IMG/VR virus record: IMGVR_UViG_3300030061_004132
Span: 29,724-93,723 of that record
Reading direction: 5' to 3' (one strand)
Origin: a virus
Taxonomy: Duplodnaviria > Caudoviricetes
DNA: 64,000 bases
Of this stretch, positions 39,031-47,470 are shown one piece after another (positions within the stretch are counted from its first letter, which is position 1; the number at the start of each line of letters is the position of its first letter). The position numbers and the translations under genes are program-made. Under the pieces are notes generated by a model, which did no database searches, was not told the origin of the DNA, and worked only from the letters and a program-made list of their open reading frames with translations.

Positions 39031-39396
39031 TTATGCTTCGATGGGTTCTGGGGGGATGATGACAATCGTGTTTTTGGGATCCTTCATGACCTCAGAAAAC
39101 TTCTGGGGGTTGAGGACTCTCATGTCTTCGTCAACTACGACTTGAAGAGCCGCAGCGGGTCCATAGTTTTGGCGGCGCTCTTCTGCGGCTGCGTCCACAA
39201 TAAGACCAGTAAGTTGCTTTGCTAAGTCACCAATCGCGTCAGTCAACTCTGCGGTAGCCTCTTTGCTAGAGTCTTTGTCTACTCCGCTCAAGACAAGGTG
39301 ACCCGTCTCCAAACCAGACTTAACATAAACTAAAGCGTCGGCCAAGTCCAAAACAGTCTCGACGTCCATGCTCACTTTTGCTTCACTATCTTTCAT
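39031..39396 (-). CDS. early hypothetical protein
   Basis: Own promoter. Confidence 0.6.
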   Translation of the reverse strand: MKDSEAKVSMDVETVLDLADALVYVKSGLETGHLVLSGVDKDSSKEATAELTDAIGDLAKQLTGLIVDAAAEERRQNYGPAAALQVVVDEDMRVLNPQKFSEVMKDPKNTIVIIPPEPIEA

Positions 39397-39454
39397 TGTG
39401 TGCTCCCCTTTGGAAACTACTTATTGTTTAATACTGAACCTGTCAAGAAAAAAT

Positions 39455-40095
39455 ATAAAGGGTAGGAGCTTTAGCATATGTAGTCTCCATACTTGTGACC
39501 ATCTGCGGTAGATGTATACACACCGGGGTTTAAGTCCGTTCACAAGTTTCCTCCCTGTTCTTACTATCTCTAGCACGGAACAGCACGCTGTACTATCGGC
39601 AAATGTTCTGCGTTTAATCAGAGAGCTAGCTACTCTCTCATCAAGTGCGCCTTACACTTCAACAGCTTGGTACTGCATCCATGCAAGCCCTTTCGGGACG
39701 ATTGTCAAGTTGCCCCAACAACCAGAGAGGCTTCCACCCCCGATAGTTTGACTCTGCGGAACGACCCGCTTACCAAGAAACCGTTCTTAGTAGTTTGGTG
39801 TTTACCGTTGCCGCGATGAATCAACAAGTCCGCGACTTTCATTGGCAGCACTCCAGCGGTGGTACGCTGACTCTTGCCTTCAAGCACTGAGCAATGTTCG
39901 GGACTACCACGTCCTTTAACCTGCTCCCCTTCAAGTGTAGGCCCCAGCACTTGCTTGAACAAGCTACTATCCTACAAGGGTTTTCTCTATTGTCCGATAT
40001 GGACACCCAAAGAGCGGTAAACAACTCACGGGGGTTTATCGACCGGAGAACTCGGTCACGTTAGTAATGTTAAAGATCAATAAAACTTTCTGTTT
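39455..40095 (-). ncRNA. candidate large (~630 nt) highly structured ncRNA
   Basis: Promoter TTGACA-N17-TACATT (40101-40129), no SD or credible ORF, many local and long-range helices, T-rich 3' end. Confidence 0.75.
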
Positions 40096-40140
40096 CCATC
40101 AATGTAATGTGTTGTGTATTAACTGTCAATAATATTTTTT

Positions 40141-40335
40141 AAAAAAGATGAGGGGTGTCAAGACCACCATAGCAACCTGCTTGACTTCAGGCCACAACAC
40201 AACAGAGAACAACTGCTATGGTGGAGGATACCTTTCGTAGTACCCTTAGAAAATGTAGTAGCCTACTTGACGATTATTGTTTGAATCCCAACATCGGTAC
40301 GCGGTCTACGTTACACTCCCTAATCCCTCACTTGT
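40141..40335 (-). ncRNA. candidate ~190 nt regulatory sRNA with GU-rich seed
   Basis: Promoter TTGACA-N16-TATATT (40342-40369), 5'/3' closing stem plus U6 tail, 11-bp hairpin displaying UGUUGUGUUGUG. Confidence 0.7.
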
Positions 40336-40365
40336 ATTTACAATATAACCTGTCTATAAACCCTG

Positions 40366-40593
40366 TCAAGTAGAATCTGGAAAAGAAAGAACATTATCTT
40401 TGTCGTCCATCTCGGACCCATCTTCCTCTTCGACTTCTTCGACTTCTTGTGCGTGAGCGTCTAGTTCTTTATACCTCTCCAGAATGGAGCGCACGCCCCG
40501 CGCTGCCAGAACAGACTCTTTGGCACAAGACTCTAGGTACTCTGCCATACTCTCGAAAAACTCTAAGGGCAACTCAATCGTTTCTTGATTCAT
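40366..40593 (-). CDS. acidic hypothetical protein
   Basis: Coupled (ATGA) to the ardC-like gene. Confidence 0.6.
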   Translation of the reverse strand: MNQETIELPLEFFESMAEYLESCAKESVLAARGVRSILERYKELDAHAQEVEEVEEEDGSEMDDKDNVLSFPDST

Positions 40594-41459
40594 GCGGCCT
40601 TCTCCTTTTTAATATCGTGCTCCATAATAAGATTTGAAGCCAACTGTGCAGCCTTAGCCGCACGGTACACAGCCCTCTTATCATTACGAAGCAAATCTAG
40701 CCATGAAGAAATGTAACTTTCTTGGTTTTGCATCACCTCTGGGCGTTCGATGCCCAGTTTGGCGCACAAGAACGCCGAACCCATAGAGGCAATCATCTCC
40801 TCAAGAGCGAAGGCCTCTTCGTCTTTGCCAAAGTTATCGCGGTTGAGCCTGCTTTTGTGGCCGGTACTGTGAACCATCTCTTGCAGAAGAGTAGCCCAGT
40901 AGTGGTCCGCTGTGTGAAACTGCTCTGGGTCCGGTAACCCAATGAGATCAGTGTGAGCTTTGTACCACGCGCTGTCCTGTCCGTGCAGAACTTTAGCACC
41001 ATAGCCGCCCAAAATAGCCGAGCATCGTTCATAACCGACACTTGGGTCTTGAGGACAAGACTCAACCACTGGGGGGTTCTCGCACTGCTCCGCATTGTAG
41101 ACACGGTAGTACCGCAAGAAAGGAATCTTCTGGACGGTGCCATCCCCGTTATCCTTGTCAAACATATTCCAGAATACGATTGGGGTCCAGTTCTTGGCCT
41201 CATCGGACTTAATAGTGATTTTAGCCTTCTTAGCTTGATTCCAAGTGATCCAACGAGAGTCGTCGTAACCAGACGCCCAGAGAAGCGGAACATTAATACC
41301 TGTGTAGGTCTGCCCCTCCTCCGGGTCCATCGAGGTCATGTTAAAAGGAAGTCCTGCCATCGCACCATTCTTCCAAGGCTTACTCCACGGGGGAGTGCCA
41401 GCCTCAAGAGCAGTAATGATGCGGTCAGTAACCATTTGATATACATCGACTTTAGCCAT
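40590..41459 (-). CDS. ardC: ArdC-like antirestriction/ssDNA-binding protein
   Basis: YQMVTDRII..LE.G.PPW.KPW; Y.GIN..LL; W.T.NQ; ..HSTGHKSRLNR; EE.IA..GSAFLC. Confidence 0.88.
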   Translation of the reverse strand: MAKVDVYQMVTDRIITALEAGTPPWSKPWKNGAMAGLPFNMTSMDPEEGQTYTGINVPLLWASGYDDSRWITWNQAKKAKITIKSDEAKNWTPIVFWNMFDKDNGDGTVQKIPFLRYYRVYNAEQCENPPVVESCPQDPSVGYERCSAILGGYGAKVLHGQDSAWYKAHTDLIGLPDPEQFHTADHYWATLLQEMVHSTGHKSRLNRDNFGKDEEAFALEEMIASMGSAFLCAKLGIERPEVMQNQESYISSWLDLLRNDKRAVYRAAKAAQLASNLIMEHDIKKEKAA

Positions 41460-41692
41460 TTGCCTCTCCTTACTTACAATAACATATTAACAAAGTGTCG
41501 CTTAGCTGTCAAGCGACTCTGTGGGTTCCCAATACCAGTGGTCTTTATGTTCAGAGTAGCTATCGGACTCGATATACTCTAACCACTGTTCTTCTAGTTC
41601 AAGTTCTTCGTTGTCTTCCGGGTCGTTGTTCATGACCAATCTCCTCTTGCTTTCAAAATAAACTTAACCGACACACTTTGGTGCGTCAAGGA

Positions 41693-42868
41693 TTAATCTT
41701 TACCAATCGCTAGAATCTTCTCATTCGTCTGGAAGTACGGGTTCTTTGCGTAGTAGGGTGTAGTGATCCAGAGTCGCTGGCACTTAGAGGCGACCGGCTT
41801 TGCTGCACACATGTCCGTAAGAACAATATGCCCATCGAAGTTACGCTGGTTGACCCACTTGGTAGGGGGGTTGAAGTCGGTCCCGCCGTACCTGACGCGA
41901 GTCCAGTCTTTAGTCTCTCCCTTACGCCAGACATATACAGAGTCCTCACATACCTCGCTGTCGAAAGGAACGACTGTGAAGGTCGCTAGCTTCGCAAACT
42001 TGTTCAGCAGGGAAAAGAATGTTTTAAGCATCTCGTCATTCACGGAACCAGACTGGTCGATGGAGATGGCGATGTTTGCCACCCTCTTCACCCTCTTTGC
42101 GGGCCACTGATAGGGTGCTCGCTTGTTTACTCTACGAACCGTGCTCTGCTTGTTGCTAGCCTGCGATGTCTTGATGAAGTAACGCAGAACCTTCGCAGGG
42201 TCAATCGTTTTGCTGATAGACTTCCTGAGTTTATTCCTGACTTCGCTTGGCACGGAGCCATAAGATTTATTCTCTTTCTCACACTCTTGGACTGCTTCGG
42301 CGATTACCTCTCGCAATCGTTCCTCGACCACATCCTTCATTCCTTCGGGCACCTCGCCCCACCCGTCATGGCTGTCGAGAGTGTCAGGGAGACTGTTGCC
42401 TCCCTCGCCTTCGCCGTCGTCAGACTCCTCTTGCTCCTGCTGCTCCTGCTTCAGCTTTTCGAAATACCACTCGGCAGCCATGCCAGAGGGCCAACCTTCA
42501 AAGTGGCCCACGCCTGGAATACAGCCCTCTTGCGGTAGCTTATCTGCGATGTGACCATTGATGGCTAAGTCCGCAGCTACGTTCCACAGCTTTGTCATAC
42601 CCTCTTCGGGGAGTCGCGTAGTGACGTGCTTAAAGAGGAGGTGGTAAAACTCGTGCATGAGCACACCAGTGCGCTCAACATCTGTTAGTCCTTCCATCCA
42701 AGTCGGGTTGTAAAGCATCTGTAGCTTACCCGTCTCTTTGTCGGCCCAGACCCCAGCAGTGGGGACCGCCGTGCTTGGCTTCTTGCTGACCCTGCGGGAT
42801 ATTGCCGCGAAGAACGGCTCGTCCAGCAGAAGTCTATGTGTGTGCCTGTTAAGATCAAACTTGGACAT
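41693..42868 (-). CDS. DUF2201-type metallopeptidase + vWA protein
   Basis: VLMHEFYH, WNVAADLAIN, SIDQSGSV, GGTDF, LTDM. Confidence 0.88.
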   Translation of the reverse strand: MSKFDLNRHTHRLLLDEPFFAAISRRVSKKPSTAVPTAGVWADKETGKLQMLYNPTWMEGLTDVERTGVLMHEFYHLLFKHVTTRLPEEGMTKLWNVAADLAINGHIADKLPQEGCIPGVGHFEGWPSGMAAEWYFEKLKQEQQEQEESDDGEGEGGNSLPDTLDSHDGWGEVPEGMKDVVEERLREVIAEAVQECEKENKSYGSVPSEVRNKLRKSISKTIDPAKVLRYFIKTSQASNKQSTVRRVNKRAPYQWPAKRVKRVANIAISIDQSGSVNDEMLKTFFSLLNKFAKLATFTVVPFDSEVCEDSVYVWRKGETKDWTRVRYGGTDFNPPTKWVNQRNFDGHIVLTDMCAAKPVASKCQRLWITTPYYAKNPYFQTNEKILAIGKD

Positions 42869-42926
42869 GCTTGCCTCCTGTTGTGTTTATACTATAGCTC
42901 ATGCGGTTGAAGGTGTCAACCAACTA

Positions 42927-44027
42927 TTAGTTAATCGACACGCCGCTGAGTAGCTCGACCATAACGTTCTTAACACTAGACCCACTAGAGGTCGTAGCGT
43001 TGTGGAAGTTATGACTATTCTGCTTGGCAACAGAACCATCACCCTCCGTTGTCTTTCCAAGGGTGTACCACAAGCGCATTGCGACCTCAGAAGGCAACTT
43101 GGCGAAGTAGTTGGCGAGATTTCCAACTTGCTCGTCGGTGAGAACTGACTTCACATAAGAACTGTTTTCGATACCGTCAACCATAGCGGTGTGCTGATTA
43201 ATGTCCCAGTCATCGGTCAGGTGGTACATACCCCCATCCACAATATCCTCGACCGTTACAATCTTTTCGTAGGTTGAGACAAAATCAGTGAACGCCAAGG
43301 CACCCTCAAGGCCAACAAAGCCACATGCAAGGTCACGAATCACGTTCAAGTTTGACTTCGGAGAGTTCATAAGTCCACTCCGTGTGATTACTTGGTTGAG
43401 ACGGTCCCAAGAACGACGACTTGGGTAGACCTTATTGGGTTCAAAGTCATCCGTATGCTCAAGGTGGCCACGGTTGTTGTTAATAAAGTCCCAGATAATC
43501 GGTGCCACCTCAGCCTTTGCCCACAACAGCCAGTCCTCAATCGAAGGCTCAAGGTCGTAAACAATCCAACGATCAAGAGCCGCTGGGTCCATCTCGCCAA
43601 CCTGATAGTGTGCGGCGTGCTCACCACCATTCACGGCAGAAAAGATGATGGTGCCGGGATGAAGATGCCACCCGTTCAACTTGCGGGAGTCCCCAAGTTC
43701 AAAGATAGACTGGCGGACTTCGTGGGTGCCACGGTCCACCTCATCAAGAAACAAGAGACGAGGGTTGTCGCAGCAGTCCTTGAACCAGTCGGGTGGGTTC
43801 CAAGTAGTAGTTTCCTCCTCCATCTTTGGTAGGCCGAGAATATCACCCTCGGTCATCTGGCTAATGCGCCGCTCAACTACCTGCAAGCCGAACTTCTCGG
43901 CGTACTGGTAGACGACTTGGCTTTTGCCAACACCGTGGCGTCCCCGAATCATCACGGAATAGTTTTCCGCGTCAGTGTTGATGACGCTGTTGATGACAGT
44001 ATCAAAGGTTTGAAAATCAATAGACAT
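42927..44027 (-). CDS. MoxR-like AAA+ ATPase
   Basis: GRHGVGKS Walker A, LFLDEVDRG Walker B, MDPAALDR, PSRRSW. Confidence 0.88.
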   Translation of the reverse strand: MSIDFQTFDTVINSVINTDAENYSVMIRGRHGVGKSQVVYQYAEKFGLQVVERRISQMTEGDILGLPKMEEETTTWNPPDWFKDCCDNPRLLFLDEVDRGTHEVRQSIFELGDSRKLNGWHLHPGTIIFSAVNGGEHAAHYQVGEMDPAALDRWIVYDLEPSIEDWLLWAKAEVAPIIWDFINNNRGHLEHTDDFEPNKVYPSRRSWDRLNQVITRSGLMNSPKSNLNVIRDLACGFVGLEGALAFTDFVSTYEKIVTVEDIVDGGMYHLTDDWDINQHTAMVDGIENSSYVKSVLTDEQVGNLANYFAKLPSEVAMRLWYTLGKTTEGDGSVAKQNSHNFHNATTSSGSSVKNVMVELLSGVSIN

Positions 44028-44096
44028 ATTTACCTCTCAAGTGATTGTGGTTTTGGTTTGTGCTCTAAGTTTATCTTAGGGCAACGTCGTTGTCAA

Positions 44097-44909
44097 CTAA
44101 TATTTTTTATTAAGTGTTATGAGGTGATGTCCGGATCGGGCCACACCTGCGAAGAGTATGGTTTCATGGTCATCCACAAAGCCTGTACCATCGCGCCTGA
44201 TCTCACGAATCCACTCCTGTAGGTCATAAGAATCATCGTCGGAGTTAGCCTTGAGGAAGTCTTTCACCAACTGGGTCGAGCCACTCAGCCACTTTTTTGG
44301 CATAAGCTGGGCGATTGCAGCTTCGGGTGCCGTGCTAAAGACTTTGATTGTCGGTCGCCACCTACTGTCATTAACAAAAAGTTCCTCTGCAATAAACTCT
44401 GGCATGGCAATATCATACTTCTTACCTCTGGCGTCTGTGCAGGTAAACCAAGGTACGTTCCTGTGCAGCCGAAAGCGGTTCAGCAAGCTGATGTTTTCCC
44501 AATGCACAGCCGTGACAACGCCATGCATAAGCGCAGAGTATTTGTTCCACTCCAGCACAGCACCAACACCAAGACCGTGCTTCTTCAGCACCTCTAACAT
44601 GCGTGGCCTGTACTGCGTATCCATATCGAGCAGTAATTCCTTATCACTCACCGCGTGAGGACAGTTACGCCGATTATGTCCTGTCTCAAGAGAGTTGCGC
44701 CGAATGCGACAATAGGAGCAGTGTCGGGGACCACTGCTTTTCCTCTTAAACTTAGCGTCCTCTTCCAGCAGATCTCGACACCGCCATGAACGCTCCTCGT
44801 GTGGTATTTCCATAGCCTTAGCTACATGTTCTTTCCGCTCTGGGCAGGTAACTCGGTTGTGACCTCGCGCACCGCAGTAACTACAAGTAACAGTTCCGTT
44901 CCAAGACAT
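44097..44909 (-). CDS. zinc-knuckle protein
   Basis: CSYCGARGHNRVTC and CSYC...GHNRRNC. Confidence 0.75.
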   Translation of the reverse strand: MSWNGTVTCSYCGARGHNRVTCPERKEHVAKAMEIPHEERSWRCRDLLEEDAKFKRKSSGPRHCSYCRIRRNSLETGHNRRNCPHAVSDKELLLDMDTQYRPRMLEVLKKHGLGVGAVLEWNKYSALMHGVVTAVHWENISLLNRFRLHRNVPWFTCTDARGKKYDIAMPEFIAEELFVNDSRWRPTIKVFSTAPEAAIAQLMPKKWLSGSTQLVKDFLKANSDDDSYDLQEWIREIRRDGTGFVDDHETILFAGVARSGHHLITLNKKY

Positions 44910-44957
44910 TTTTACCTCATGTTGTGTTTGGGTTTTCTTGTCGCTTACATTTTATTC

Positions 44958-45401
44958 TTAACCGGGTGCATCTAAATCGTCAAGTGCTGGAAGCTCAATT
45001 GGCCAAGAAACACTGTAGGTCAGCGTTTCTGGCAGCATAGGGACGATGCCGGTTATTATATTAGATGATGTTGTCACCGTGCAGTCCATCCAAGGGACTG
45101 TCTCGGTTGTTAGTGAAGAAGCGTATGCAGCTACGGTACAGGAGGAAGTTGAGCAGTCAAGCATCCCATTCAACCCCATAGCATCTTTAATCTTTTGCTC
45201 TGCTATCTCGTAAGGGTTTGTATAGATGTCAACCATACTCATCGAACCCGCCTTACATCCAGCGGATACTGCATCTTGGAGACTATGTTTCTGAAGTAAC
45301 AGCCACATAAAGTCGATTCCACCAAATATTAGTGCTACGAAGACGGGTAGTATTAAAGCAAATTCTACAGCAACACCACCTCTTCTATTATTCATACTCA
45401 T
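44958..45401 (-). CDS. tadE: TadE/TadG-family pseudopilin
   Basis: RRGGVAVEFALILPVFVALIFGGIDF. Confidence 0.85.
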   Translation of the reverse strand: MSMNNRRGGVAVEFALILPVFVALIFGGIDFMWLLLQKHSLQDAVSAGCKAGSMSMVDIYTNPYEIAEQKIKDAMGLNGMLDCSTSSCTVAAYASSLTTETVPWMDCTVTTSSNIITGIVPMLPETLTYSVSWPIELPALDDLDAPG

Positions 45402-45457
45402 ACTATAACTACTCTGCTAACTTGCGTCAACAACCTTTTGTCATATAAATATAAGAG

Positions 45458-45541
45458 TGCCCAAGGCGGGACTCGAACCCGCAAGCCCAATGGGGCGACA
45501 GATTTTAAGTCTGTTGTGTATACCTATTCCACCACTTGGGC
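45458..45541 (-). tRNA. tRNA-Leu(TAA)
   Basis: Cloverleaf with long variable arm; anticodon loop CTTAAAA. Confidence 0.93.
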
Positions 45542-45545
45542 AAAG

Positions 45546-45622
45546 TGGTACGCCCTAGAGGATTCGAACCTCTGACCCTCGGCTTAGAAGGCCGATGCTC
45601 TATCCAACTGAGCTAAGGGCGC
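45546..45622 (-). tRNA. tRNA-Arg(TCT)
   Basis: Cloverleaf; loop CTTCTAA; encoded CCA. Confidence 0.95.
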
Positions 45623-45629
45623 AAAATCC

Positions 45630-45821
45630 CTAAGCTCTTAACTTGTCGAGGTGTTGCCTCTGTTCCTCGTACTTTCCAAGATTAGCCTCGACGTAATCTT
45701 TTACCTTCAATAGTTTATCAAGATAATGATATTTTGTCCAGCCATCATTTCGTGGACTTTCAACTTCTATAATCCATCGCTGTAGCTGTCCGATAACTTC
45801 CGTCTCAGAAAATCTGTTCAT
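45630..45821 (-). CDS. hypothetical protein
   Basis: SPRNDGWT motif; SD GGGAG. Confidence 0.6.
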   Translation of the reverse strand: MNRFSETEVIGQLQRWIIEVESPRNDGWTKYHYLDKLLKVKDYVEANLGKYEEQRQHLDKLRA

Positions 45822-46098
45822 CCTACTACTCCCGTAAAAAGAATAACGTAGAAGCCCAAAAGAGCCATCATAGAATATTCAGCGTAATCCATACTCCCTC
45901 CATACATAAAATATTAACGTCTTGGTTACAGGCTGTCAAATCTTATTTGCCCTGACCCCGATACTTTTTTCGGTAACCCTTCGGAACAGTGCCGTTTGAG
46001 TTGAGGGCTTTAAATTTTGTCCTCTTCCCATTTCCAATGCTTGTTTTCTTACCAAGACCGTGTTTAGTGGCCCTCTTATTATTGCCTTTAGCCATTTT

Positions 46099-46290
46099 TT
46101 ACTCCTTATAATAGTTAGAAAATCCCATAAAGGTTGGTGCCCAAAGCCCAACAAAAAGTGCTAACCGCTCAATATGAGCCGCGTCTACACCACCTGTGTT
46201 CCAGATAACAACTGAGCCTGCAATCGACACAATTGTTGCCACTAGAAACCCATTCGAGATTTTATTATTCTTTTCTAAATACTTCATCAT
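46099..46290 (-). CDS. small membrane protein
   Basis: ERLALFVGLWAPTF. Confidence 0.6.
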   Translation of the reverse strand: MMKYLEKNNKISNGFLVATIVSIAGSVVIWNTGGVDAAHIERLALFVGLWAPTFMGFSNYYKE

Positions 46291-46338
46291 TCCTCCTGTT
46301 ATTGTAATAACCTATTTACATTTCTTGTCAACTAAAAA

Positions 46339-46411
46339 TGAGTCTTCAGGGACTCGAACCCTGAACCTACGGATTAAAAGTCCGGTGCTCTACCAATTGA
46401 GCTAAAGACTC
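46339..46411 (-). tRNA. tRNA-Lys(TTT)
   Basis: Cloverleaf; loop CTTTTAA. Confidence 0.95.
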
Positions 46412-46417
46412 GTAAAG

Positions 46418-46494
46418 TGGTGGGCCTACTGGGACTTGAACCCAGGACCGCAGCTTTATAAGAACTGTGCTCTAACCACCTGAGCTATAGGCCC
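46418..46494 (-). tRNA. tRNA-Ile(TAT)
   Basis: Cloverleaf; stem CAGTT/AGCTG, loop CTTATAA; encoded CCA. Confidence 0.9.
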
Positions 46495-46706
46495 ATAAGG
46501 GTGCCGGTGGTTATCTCTGAACACATGAGACAGTGACCGGAGTATGTCTCGCTTAGGTTCTATGTGCGGTCGTTCAATAACATAATAGTTAAAATTTATT
46601 TGTCAATCAGAATAGTTACATTCGTATTTTCCGTAAACGTAACCTACCCAGAACGCTATAAAGTGCGTTCCCAACATAAGACATAAACTCAAATGACACC
46701 TCCTAT

Positions 46707-46928
46707 TTACATAATATAATTACCATAACCGTTTTCACTAGCACACTCTCGCGAACAATATCCGTGATACAAAATGTGCTCAGGATCTTTTTTGGCTCCA
46801 GACCATTTGGGTAACGACTTACCGCAAGTCGTACAAATCGTAAACTTCCCATACAGAAGACGATTGTCTTCGTCCATCTGTCCGTGCCAAGGCTTCCAAG
46901 CGCCATCGCTCATTATCTCCCCCACCAA
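46707..46928 (-). CDS. small zinc-finger protein
   Basis: CTTCG...YCSREC. Confidence 0.55.
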   Translation of the reverse strand: MVGEIMSDGAWKPWHGQMDEDNRLLYGKFTICTTCGKSLPKWSGAKKDPEHILYHGYCSRECASENGYGNYIM

Positions 46929-46937
46929 TATAAATTG

Positions 46938-47011
46938 CGCCCCTTACTGGATTTGAACCAATGACACGCGGATTAACAGTCCGCTGCTCTAACCAACTGA
47001 GCTAAAGGGGC
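46938..47011 (-). tRNA. tRNA-Asn(GTT)
   Basis: Cloverleaf; loop CTGTTAA. Confidence 0.93.
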
Positions 47012-47470
47012 TAAACCTTGTAGTCCACTTCGGTGGACCCTCTCTTCTCTATTGGTTTATCCGACTGCGAGGAGCCTGTCAAATAATTTTTATGAAGCGG
47101 AGCATAAAGCGGAATACGTTTGTCTTCGCTCCTCTTCTCTCGGGATGGACGGTAATAAACGCTCATACTATTAGTAATTAGAGTATAATTGCCTTTATCC
47201 CTTAAATACCGCATGGATCAACCAATGCGACTAGTTTAATGTGTCTCAAAGAATCAATAATTTCCGCTTGGGTCGGATGTGCATGTCTCCAAGTTGCCAC
47301 CGCATCATGCGCGTCGTATGCAACACAGTGAGCTAAAAACTCATACTCGCGTTCTCCGTCTGCCTCTTTAAAAGCATAAACCGCATATTCGGTCATCGCT
47401 AGTCCTCCCGATACAGAGCGTACAAAAGAATGATAGTTCCGATTAACAAAATAAAAGTCATCTCTCTCTC

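Larger units (their letters stand above)
30383..46335 (-). repeat. about 33 dispersed early promoter/leader cassettes: TTG(A)CA-N16/17-TAAGAT/TAAGTA/TAAACT/TATAGT, then (AC)ACAACAGGAG and ATG
   Basis: Seen upstream of starts at 30382, 31281, 31599, 31818, 32078, 32469, 33031, 33522, 33816, 34151, 34651, 34947, 35255, 35623, 36062, 36630, 36868, 37399, 38032, 38708, 38973, 39396, 41459, 41633, 42868, 44027, 44909, 45401, about 45900 and 46290, and upstream of three ncRNAs. The CA-rich leader is present in most but not all. Confidence 0.9.

Noticed and set aside
39512-40024. Short ORFs 39512-39751, 39705-39962, 39839-40024
   Set aside because: No SD, mostly non-ATG starts, no motifs; dense base-pairing is better explained by a structured RNA.
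30200-45000. Many plus-strand ORFs of 60-260 aa (e.g. 33067-33846, 40953-41582, 30736-31317)
   Set aside because: Antisense shadows of minus-strand genes that have promoters, SDs and recognisable motifs.
30383-46335. CRISPR array or integron attC interpretation of the dispersed repeats
   Set aside because: Repeats are degenerate promoter/SD elements separated by whole genes; no constant repeat-spacer period, attC palindromes, cas or integrase genes.
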